A DNA stretch of 55,444 bases from Chlamydiota bacterium. GTDB taxonomy: Bacteria > Chlamydiota > Chlamydiia > Chlamydiales > RGXB01. A program made the position numbers and the translations under genes. Shown in pieces: positions 34,630 through 42,523 of this stretch (positions are counted from its first letter, which is position 1; every line of letters starts with the position of its first letter). Under the pieces are notes generated by a model. The model ran no database searches and was not told the origin of the DNA. It saw nothing but the letters and a program-made list of their open reading frames with translations. The DNA is taken from the NCBI GenBank assembly GCA_010031885.1, contig RGYU01000001.1, positions 1 through 55,444 of the forward strand, in the 5' to 3' direction.

Positions 34630-36270
34630 ATGTATGCTCTTCCTATGCAAGGTCGGTTCATTTTTATCACCGGAGGGGTCCTTTCCTCACTTGGAAAAGG
34701 GGTTATCGCCGCCTCAATCTCATCTATTATAGAAAGCATGGGTCTTTCTGTTTCAATTATAAAGCTAGATCCCTATCTCAATGTTGATCCGGGAACCATG
34801 AGCCCCTACCAGCACGGTGAAGTGTACGTAACTGATGACGGTGCCGAAACCGATCTGGATTTAGGTCATTACGAGCGTTACACCCATGCTTTAATTTCAA
34901 AAAAGTCAAATACAACCGCCGGCCAAATTCTTGACCACGTTCTTCAAAGCGAGCGAAAAGGAGACTACCTGGGTTCTACAGTACAGGTGATTCCCCACGT
35001 CACTGATGAAATCAAGCGTAGAATTTTTTTAGCCCAAAACAACAAAGCCGATGTGACGGTAATTGAGGTGGGCGGAACTGTTGGAGATATTGAGTCGTTG
35101 CCCTTTTTGGAAGCAATTCGACAAATGCGCTATGAGCATCCTCAACATTGCTGCAATATCCATCTAACCTATGTCCCTTACTTAAAGAGCTCAGGCGAAA
35201 CCAAAACAAAACCTGCCCAGCATTCGTTGGTAGCCTTACGCCAAGTGGGCATCATACCCGACATCGTAATTTGCCGCTCCGAACACCCTATTTGTGCCGA
35301 CAGCCTAAAAAAAATTAGCCTTTTTGGAAATGTTCCCATTCATGCGGTCCTTGATCAGCCAGATGTTGAACATGCCCTATTTGAAGTCCCGATCCGTTTA
35401 CAAGAACACAAAATTGATTTACTGATATCCAACGTCTTAAAACTTTCACCCCCCAACCAATCAAACGTAACCGTTTGGAAAAATTTACTAGAAAAATCCA
35501 TCCACCTAAAAGAGGAGGTCTTAATCGGGGTAGTCGGTAAATACCTAGAGCATAAAGATGCTTACAAATCGGTATTCGAAGCGCTACAACATGCGGGTCT
35601 AAGCCAAAATCTCAAAGTGAAACTGATTGAAGTGAATGCAGAGCTACTTGAACAAAACATGACCATCCCTGAGGCAGATGCCTATATTATAATGGGTGGA
35701 TTTGGCCAAAGGGGCTTCGAGGGGAAGATTTTATTAGCTAAACACGCTCGAGAACACAAGATCCCCTGTTTTGGAATTTGTCTGGGTCTACAGGTAATGA
35801 CTGTAGAATTTGCAAGGCATGTGCTGGACATAAAGGATGCCAATTCTACTGAAATGGAACCAAAAACTAAAAATCCTGTTGTCTTAAGCCTAGAAGAGCT
35901 TAAAAATGTAACCCAATTAGGTGGAACTATGCGTTTAGGGAGCTATCCCTGCAATCTTAAAGAGGGGACAAAAGCTTTTGATATCTATAAAAATGAGTTA
36001 ATCCATGAAAGGCACCGACATCGGTATGAGGTGAACCAATCTTACGTAGAGTCACTCGAAAAAGGGGGGCTACTGGTGAGCGGAAAACATCCGGCAACAA
36101 ACCTGACAGAGATTGTTGAAATACAAGATCACCCTTGGTACCTTGGTGTTCAATTTCATCCTGAGTTTAAATCAAAATCTTTTGCACCACATCCCCTATT
36201 TGTCTCTTTTATCCAGGCAGCTAAAGAGGCCCAAAAAGAGGCGCTACAAACGAGGGTAATGCCGGTTTAG
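34630..36270 (+). CDS. pyrG: CTP synthase
   Basis: FIFITGGVLSSLGKG, DPYLNVDPGTMSPYQHGEV, GATase GICLGLQ, HRHRYEVN. The ATG at 34630 is preceded by GGGGAAG; the alternative ATG is at 34645. Confidence 0.92.
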   Translation: MYALPMQGRFIFITGGVLSSLGKGVIAASISSIIESMGLSVSIIKLDPYLNVDPGTMSPYQHGEVYVTDDGAETDLDLGHYERYTHALISKKSNTTAGQILDHVLQSERKGDYLGSTVQVIPHVTDEIKRRIFLAQNNKADVTVIEVGGTVGDIESLPFLEAIRQMRYEHPQHCCNIHLTYVPYLKSSGETKTKPAQHSLVALRQVGIIPDIVICRSEHPICADSLKKISLFGNVPIHAVLDQPDVEHALFEVPIRLQEHKIDLLISNVLKLSPPNQSNVTVWKNLLEKSIHLKEEVLIGVVGKYLEHKDAYKSVFEALQHAGLSQNLKVKLIEVNAELLEQNMTIPEADAYIIMGGFGQRGFEGKILLAKHAREHKIPCFGICLGLQVMTVEFARHVLDIKDANSTEMEPKTKNPVVLSLEELKNVTQLGGTMRLGSYPCNLKEGTKAFDIYKNELIHERHRHRYEVNQSYVESLEKGGLLVSGKHPATNLTEIVEIQDHPWYLGVQFHPEFKSKSFAPHPLFVSFIQAAKEAQKEALQTRVMPV

Positions 36271-36693
36271 ATGCGCATTTTAGGGATCGATTACGGAAAA
36301 AAAAGGATTGGTGTCAGTATTAGCTCCAAAGTAGCTCAAATGGCATTGCCTTTAGCAACTATAGAACATGAGGGATCCCTGCCAAAAGCAATGATGCTTT
36401 TGAAGAAAAAATTTCTTGAACTCAAGGATATAAAGGAGATCGCTCTTGGCTGGCCCCTTTTGATGAGTGGTGAGCAAAGCCCTATGTGCAAAGAGGTCCT
36501 TCAGTTTAAATCTCTTTTAGAGGCGACTTTTAAAATCCCTGTTTATTTGGTGGATGAAAGGCTAACCACAAAAATTGCCGAAGACTCCTTTAAATCTATC
36601 GGCATCTCTCGAAAAGATCGCACCGCCCATATAGATCAGGCAGCAGCGGTAAATATTTTGAACACTTTTTTAGATAAAAAGAAATATTTGTAG
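36271..36693 (+). CDS. ruvX: Putative pre-16S rRNA nuclease / Holliday-junction-resolvase-like YqgF
   Basis: MRILGIDYGKKRIGVSIS and ...VDERLTT are family motifs. The ATG immediately follows the pyrG stop. Confidence 0.85.
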   Translation: MRILGIDYGKKRIGVSISSKVAQMALPLATIEHEGSLPKAMMLLKKKFLELKDIKEIALGWPLLMSGEQSPMCKEVLQFKSLLEATFKIPVYLVDERLTTKIAEDSFKSIGISRKDRTAHIDQAAAVNILNTFLDKKKYL

Positions 36694-36807
36694 AATGGGC
36701 AAAAAACGGTCAACAAAATAGATCCTTAATCTTATTTCTGATCTATTGCTACAAAAATCGAAACGGGTTACTGTACAAATTATCCTAGATTAAAGAATTC
36801 CCGCTAA

Positions 36808-38292
36808 ATGTCGCAGGCTCAAGATTTTTCCCAAATGATCGTTCGTCAAGCTGTCGCAAAACCGCAATGTTTTGTCCTTTTTGGGGCCACCGGTGATTTA
36901 GCAAAAAGGAAAATTTTTCCTGCACTTTACGCCCTATTTCTTGATAAAAAGCTCCCCTCCCGTTTTTGTATCCTTGGGCTTGGACGAAAGGAAAACAGTG
37001 ATGAAGAATTTCGTAAGTATGTAGACGAAAAACTCCAGGAATTCGCTCGTCTTAAAGGGGACAACAAATCACGCAAAGAATTTATTGAGAAAATTTTCTA
37101 TCTTTCACTGGATATCGATAAAGATTACACACCCCTTAAAAAACTACTTACTGAAAAAGAGCCTTCATTTGGGACGCAAGAAAACCGCACGTTCTATTTA
37201 GCTGTTGCGCCCGCTTATTTTACAATCATTCCACAAAAGCTTAAGGAAATAGGACTTTTGCATGAAAAGGGGGCCAACTCTTTTGCCAATATCATCATCG
37301 AAAAGCCTTTTGGAACAGATCTTCCTAGTGCTGTCGCATTAGATTTGGAATTGAAAAAAATTCTTTTTGAGGAGCAAATTTATCGCATAGACCACTATCT
37401 AGGTAAAGAGACTGTTCAAAATATCTTCGCTTTTCGCTTTTCAAATCATTTTATTGATCACCTCTTTACATCACAATTTGTTGAATCGGTGCAGATAGTC
37501 GCTGCAGAGGATTTGGTTGTAGGAGATCGGGTTGAATTTTACGATTCAGTGGGATGTCTTAGAGATTTTTGCCAAAACCATCTGATGCAAGTTCTTGCTT
37601 TTATTGCAATGGAAGCTCCTAGCAAAAATGAGGCAGAATATATCCACCAGGAAAAATCAAAGGTACTTCGTTCTATCAAATCAATTGACGCAATTGTGAG
37701 GGCACAGTACGAAAAAGGTTATATCAATACTGACGCGGTTTCTGGCTATAGAGATGATGGGCGGGTGAAAACATCCAATACTGACACGTTTGTGGGGATG
37801 CGTCTTTTTGTGGATAATTTTCGCTGGGGTGGAACCCCATTTTATCTTTTTGCAGGAAAAGCACTTCCCAGAAAATATACAGAGGTCAACATCGTCCTTA
37901 AAAAAGCACCGTTTTCGCTTTTTCCTCAATCTTCCCAGCAAAACATCATATCCATTCAAATTCAGCCGAAAGAGGGAATCTCCATCATCATACGGACCAA
38001 GGTGCCGGCTAAAACGAGTTTAAAACCTGTAAAACTCGACTTTTTTTATGATGATTACTTTAGTATCGAATCTATTCCTGAGGCTTATGAAACCCTCATA
38101 TTCAACGCAATGTGTGAGGATCGCTCTTTATTTACGGATAGGGATGAACTGATTGCAAGCTGGGAACTATTTGATCCCGTCATTCGAAAATGGAAGAGTG
38201 AAAATCTTTGCGCTGAGGAGTTTTATCCCGCAGGTTCTTGGCCGGAAATTATGAAAAAAGTCTTTTTAGAGGGGCACTACCTAGTCATATGA
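36808..38292 (+). CDS. zwf: Glucose-6-phosphate 1-dehydrogenase
   Basis: FGATGDLAKRK, EKPFG, RIDHYLGKE. Confidence 0.92.
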   Translation: MSQAQDFSQMIVRQAVAKPQCFVLFGATGDLAKRKIFPALYALFLDKKLPSRFCILGLGRKENSDEEFRKYVDEKLQEFARLKGDNKSRKEFIEKIFYLSLDIDKDYTPLKKLLTEKEPSFGTQENRTFYLAVAPAYFTIIPQKLKEIGLLHEKGANSFANIIIEKPFGTDLPSAVALDLELKKILFEEQIYRIDHYLGKETVQNIFAFRFSNHFIDHLFTSQFVESVQIVAAEDLVVGDRVEFYDSVGCLRDFCQNHLMQVLAFIAMEAPSKNEAEYIHQEKSKVLRSIKSIDAIVRAQYEKGYINTDAVSGYRDDGRVKTSNTDTFVGMRLFVDNFRWGGTPFYLFAGKALPRKYTEVNIVLKKAPFSLFPQSSQQNIISIQIQPKEGISIIIRTKVPAKTSLKPVKLDFFYDDYFSIESIPEAYETLIFNAMCEDRSLFTDRDELIASWELFDPVIRKWKSENLCAEEFYPAGSWPEIMKKVFLEGHYLVI

Positions 38293-39980
38293 TCGGCGAA
38301 TGGATAGAAATCAGGGATATTTTTAAGCTTTTGCAGTCTTCTGCTCAAAGAACTATAGGCCACTCTACGATCTTTGTTGTTGCAAAACCTCAGGATCATT
38401 TGTACTACCTAGAATCATTTACAAAGACAATCATCACCGACTACCCTTCACGCTATATCCTGATTAAAGAGGAGGAGAATGCTGAAAGAGAGTTTTTGAA
38501 AGCTAAATTAACCTTTTTGGAAACAGCGAAGGGCTCAAATCGCTTTTGCGAATTCATTGAAATTGAGTTTACCCCAAACCAAAAAGAGAGACTTTCCACC
38601 TCTTTAAGTAAATTTGCTCTGCCAAAATTAGATGTTTTTTTGGTTCTTTGGCAGCGAGATCATGAACATAAACCCATTTTCGATGCTTTAAAACACATCG
38701 CAACTAGAATTATTTTTGATTCTGAATATGCTGATGATCCCCGCACAGTTTTAGAGTTTATGGATCAGTGTCCTTCAAGAGTGTCAATAGGTGATCTGAC
38801 CTATACACGTGGCTATTCCATACGGGAAGTTTTAATAAAAGAACTTACGGCACCTCAGCTTGCCCCAATTATTGATCAATTTCACACATTAAAAATCAGC
38901 TATAATCCCTGCTTTAATATTTGTAGTGCAGTCCCCATGCAATCTCTATATGCGGCCGAATGGCTTGCCACGTGGGGTAAAAAACAGTCCATTTTTAAAA
39001 TGCAAAACGCCCATCTTTGCACTGTTGTCTATGATCATGCCAAGGTTATTATTGAACAGGGCGAACCTTTAAAAGAATTGGGAGAAGGTAAAATTTTATC
39101 ATTAGAGCTTATTGGACCTAACCACACATTTGAATTAAAAAGGGATCGGCAGTCTCCAGATAAAATTTTCACCTCGATCAAAAGTAACGAAAGTTGCTCT
39201 GTGCCTGCGATTGTCAATACAGATGATCTTCAGATTGGCCTGAGTTTGATGCGCCAGCTTCAGTATGATCAAACAAATAGGCTCCAAATCGAATCCTTGA
39301 AACATATTTGTGAAGTCCCCTTCAAACGGCTAGTAAAATACAAATCATCTGATGAGGCCCTCTATGGGATCAAGGAGCGTATCCTCAATATTGGACGTAA
39401 AGAAATCAATTTTAAAGGTGTTTTTAGAATCGCCCTAAGTGGAGGAAAAACTCCCATGACCTTATATCGATCTTTCCAACCCCAAGATCTAGATTGGGAT
39501 AAAGTTGAAATCTTTTTTAGTGATGAGCGGCAGGTTCCACCTGATCATAGCGACAGCAATTATAAAAATGCGATGGAAGCACTTGGCCACCTTCCTTTAA
39601 AAGGGGAAAATATCCACCGCATGATCGCGGAGCAAGACGTAGATAATCATGCCTTTGCCTACGAGCGTTTGATACGCCCTTCGATCGATGTGTGCCTTTT
39701 GGGCATGGGTGCAGATGGGCATACCCTGTCTATTTTCCCAGGCTCTGAAGCGATAAAGGTGCGCGATAGGCTAGTCGTTCCAGCAAATGGTCTGAATCAT
39801 CCAAGGATGACATTTACATTTGAGGCACTAAAAATTTGCCGTCATAAATTATTCCTTGTTCTGGGAGAGGATAAAAAAGAGGCCCTTAAAAAAGTGCTGA
39901 CGGAAAAATCTGAACAATATCCGGCTTCCTTGGTTACAGACTGTGATTTCTACACCGATATAGAATCTCTAAATCTATGA
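38289..39980 (+). CDS. pgl: Fusion of an OpcA-like (G6PD assembly protein) domain and 6-phosphogluconolactonase
   Basis: C-terminal about 235 aa: RIALSGGKTP, FFSDERQVPPDHSDSNY, LLGMGADGHTLSIFPGS (Pgl/DevB). N-terminal about 340 aa: PSRYILI, LDVFLVLWQRD...ATRIIFDS, IGDLTYTRGYSIRE, resembling OpcA motifs. The ATG overlaps the zwf stop (ATGA). Confidence 0.8.
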   Translation: MIGEWIEIRDIFKLLQSSAQRTIGHSTIFVVAKPQDHLYYLESFTKTIITDYPSRYILIKEEENAEREFLKAKLTFLETAKGSNRFCEFIEIEFTPNQKERLSTSLSKFALPKLDVFLVLWQRDHEHKPIFDALKHIATRIIFDSEYADDPRTVLEFMDQCPSRVSIGDLTYTRGYSIREVLIKELTAPQLAPIIDQFHTLKISYNPCFNICSAVPMQSLYAAEWLATWGKKQSIFKMQNAHLCTVVYDHAKVIIEQGEPLKELGEGKILSLELIGPNHTFELKRDRQSPDKIFTSIKSNESCSVPAIVNTDDLQIGLSLMRQLQYDQTNRLQIESLKHICEVPFKRLVKYKSSDEALYGIKERILNIGRKEINFKGVFRIALSGGKTPMTLYRSFQPQDLDWDKVEIFFSDERQVPPDHSDSNYKNAMEALGHLPLKGENIHRMIAEQDVDNHAFAYERLIRPSIDVCLLGMGADGHTLSIFPGSEAIKVRDRLVVPANGLNHPRMTFTFEALKICRHKLFLVLGEDKKEALKKVLTEKSEQYPASLVTDCDFYTDIESLNL

Positions 39981-39984
39981 AATA

Positions 39985-40491
39985 CTAGTCGGCTATCTCC
40001 AAATCGTTTAAGAGCTTTGGATAATGCGCATCAATTGGATTTAAATCCAATAAGTAATGATTCCCATTTGTGCTAAAAAGGCGTAAAAATCGCTGGAGCT
40101 GAAACGTAAAATTTCCAAGGTGTCCCCTTTTTGGGACTACATCTAGATAAAGATGCTTAGTTGAAGATTGATTGGGATAGTACATATGCCCCACAATTCC
40201 GAATTGATCTAAATAGAATCGATCCAAACTAGCCAAAAGTTTTAAAAAGCTCTCTTTTTCCTGACTACTAAACTGCTCTAGTGTTTCATTATGGCGATGG
40301 GAAAAAACGATAAAATGTCCTTCCGAAAAAGGTTGTTTTGGAAAGACGATATTTATCATTCGCCCAGTTTGGTTGTCAATTTGCCTACAAAGCGTACAAT
40401 TCTCCATAAGACATGCTTCATCACTATAGTAGAGATATAAAAGGCCAAGCCCCATAAACAACATCAATATAGCTATATAGACGTATTTCAT
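39985..40491 (-). CDS. Membrane-anchored HIT-family-like protein with degenerate histidine triad
   Basis: N-terminal TM helix. CTLCRQI...PFSEGHFIVFSHRH shows a HIT-fold pattern. The triad position reads KHLYLDVVPKR where HxHxHxx is expected. Confidence 0.5.
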   Translation of the reverse strand: MKYVYIAILMLFMGLGLLYLYYSDEACLMENCTLCRQIDNQTGRMINIVFPKQPFSEGHFIVFSHRHNETLEQFSSQEKESFLKLLASLDRFYLDQFGIVGHMYYPNQSSTKHLYLDVVPKRGHLGNFTFQLQRFLRLFSTNGNHYLLDLNPIDAHYPKLLNDLEIAD

Positions 40492-40553
40492 ATCAGCACC
40501 TGGCTGTTTTTAAAAAGAAGGTATAACAAAACCTCAAAGATCTGTTCAATACT

Positions 40554-40584
40554 AAAAAAAGCACGAGGTAGGCTTACCCCGTGC
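40554..40584 (-). terminator. Rho-independent terminator of the cyclophilin gene
   Basis: Stem GCACGAGG/CCCCGTGC (one mismatch), 8-nt loop. On the minus strand it is followed by T7. Confidence 0.6.
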
Positions 40585-40601
40585 ATGAAGCATTTAAAAA
40601 T

Positions 40602-41144
40602 TTACTCTTTAACGTATGCGCGAATAATTTTTTGATCTTCTACAGGCTTGTCATTACGAGTTCGGATATTTTCAATTTTTACTACCACTTCATATCCGGA
40701 AATCACTTCTCCAAAAATGGTGTGTTTACCATTCAGCCAGCTGGTGGGAACGCAGGTGATAAAGAATTGACTTCCATTTGTATTTGGCCCGCTGTTGGCC
40801 ATCGCAAGTAATCCCTTTTTATTGAATAGGATCTTTGATGTGCATTCATCTGTAAATGGTTTACCAAAAACTGACTCTCCTCCCCTTCCTGTTCCGGTGG
40901 GATCTCCTGATTGGATCATAAAATTAGGGATTACGCGGTGAAAAATGATTCCGTCATAGTACCCTCTACGGACTAGCTTCTCAAAATTTTCACAAGCTTT
41001 CGGGGCAAATTCTGGTTTCAGCTCCAGCTCTATTTTTCCTTGGTTGGTTTCCAAGACGATGATCGGTTTCGCAGATAAAGACATAAAGACTCCCAAAAGA
41101 CCAGTAGTTATATAGGTTAACGATTTGCCAAAATAGTTTTTCAA
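40602..41144 (-). CDS. Exported cyclophilin-type peptidyl-prolyl cis-trans isomerase
   Basis: Signal peptide. FHRVIPNFMIQSGDPTGTGRGG, AMANSGPNTNGSQFFIT, WLNGKHTIFGEV. Confidence 0.9.
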   Translation of the reverse strand: MKNYFGKSLTYITTGLLGVFMSLSAKPIIVLETNQGKIELELKPEFAPKACENFEKLVRRGYYDGIIFHRVIPNFMIQSGDPTGTGRGGESVFGKPFTDECTSKILFNKKGLLAMANSGPNTNGSQFFITCVPTSWLNGKHTIFGEVISGYEVVVKIENIRTRNDKPVEDQKIIRAYVKE

Positions 41145-41195
41145 AATGAACCTCCTAAGTACAAAAAAAAACCTCTTTTGAGTAGCATCATATAT

Positions 41196-41756
41196 ATGGG
41201 CAGAATATTTATGCAGGGGCTTTTTACAATTGCCCCTATTGCGCTCACGTTAGCGCTCATCCTTTGGCTATTTGAATTCGCTGAAGGGTTATTAAAAAAA
41301 CCTCTACAATTTGTTTTAGGGCCCGATTTGTACATTCCAGGGATGGGAGTCATTTTGATTGTTATTACAATTTTTATGGTGGGTTTACTTGTCAATTACT
41401 GGCTCTCGAGGATGATCTATGAATATTTCGAAAAGCTTATTTCTAAAATACCCTTGATTAAAACTTTGTATAGCTCTGTAAAGGATCTTCTCAGTTTTTT
41501 TGGAAAAAAAGAGGAAAATATGAGTCTTGTTGTCGAGGTTAGCCTTGGAGATTTTAGACTCATTGGGTTTTTAACAGATAAAAACCCCAAACCGCCCATT
41601 GGTAAAGAAGACGAGGTTGTTGTCTATTTTCCTATGAGTTACCAAATCGGGGGGTATACACTCATCTTGCCAAAAGATAAAATCAGACCGGTGAATCTAA
41701 CGATTGAACAAGCGATGAACTATGTACTCACCGCAGGTGCCTTGAAAAAAATTTAA
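41196..41756 (+). CDS. DUF502-family membrane protein
   Basis: Two N-terminal TM helices plus the IPLIKTLYSSVKDL motif typical of DUF502. The start is uncertain (TTG 41178, ATG 41196 or 41211). Confidence 0.6.
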   Translation: MGRIFMQGLFTIAPIALTLALILWLFEFAEGLLKKPLQFVLGPDLYIPGMGVILIVITIFMVGLLVNYWLSRMIYEYFEKLISKIPLIKTLYSSVKDLLSFFGKKEENMSLVVEVSLGDFRLIGFLTDKNPKPPIGKEDEVVVYFPMSYQIGGYTLILPKDKIRPVNLTIEQAMNYVLTAGALKKI

Positions 41757-41796
41757 AAATCGTTTAATCTCTTTTTGATTTTTATTTGAAAGGCTT

Positions 41797-42471
41797 ATGT
41801 CTGTTTCTGGTACATCTTTAAGATATCAAAGAACCTTACAAGATTCTGATGGATTGAGTGACTCGAGCACACTTTCTTGCTCTCCGCCCGAAAATTTAGA
41901 CCCCTTACTTCGACAATACGAATCTCCCCGACGAGAACCCGAGGCTTTTATCCACGAAGTGTTTTGTCATTACCGGATGAATCCGATGATTGTAGATTTT
42001 ACCGATAGCTGCACATCAGAACTCAAAGTTGCGCTGGTCAAAAGAGATCCTAAAAACCTATTTGAGCTTAATGAAAACCATTTTGAAATGTTAAAAAATC
42101 GGGAACTTGTCGATGCGATTTTTTCTAATTCATTTGGAAAAAAACTTGATCTGATTGAAAGGGCCGGACCCGACTACTCTATAACAACTTTCTTCAAAAT
42201 CGCCCTTTTTCGACTTTTCCATGGTCGAGAATACAACAAGCTCAAAGGGAGACCCTTTCCAGGGCCGCCAGATTTTTTAAGTCATAAACATTATCTCGAT
42301 TTCCGTTGCTATCACATTCTTCCGACCAATCCCGAACTGAGAATTTCCCGGTTAGCCGAGGGGCTTATCGAAAAAGCTCTCCCCCCCTCCAAAGCCCTGG
42401 CCATCTCTACCTTAAGGGTTCTAGGAGACACGTTTGAAAAGGGGCGGTCTAATTTAAGTGGTTCAAGATAA
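41797..42471 (+). CDS. Hypothetical protein (Ser/Thr-rich polar N-terminus)
   Basis: ORF only. No motif recognised. Confidence 0.4.
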   Translation: MSVSGTSLRYQRTLQDSDGLSDSSTLSCSPPENLDPLLRQYESPRREPEAFIHEVFCHYRMNPMIVDFTDSCTSELKVALVKRDPKNLFELNENHFEMLKNRELVDAIFSNSFGKKLDLIERAGPDYSITTFFKIALFRLFHGREYNKLKGRPFPGPPDFLSHKHYLDFRCYHILPTNPELRISRLAEGLIEKALPPSKALAISTLRVLGDTFEKGRSNLSGSR

Positions 42472-42523
42472 GGTTAATGTAAATTAATTTATAAAATATC
42501 CTCTCTTTTGGTATAGGAAGGAT

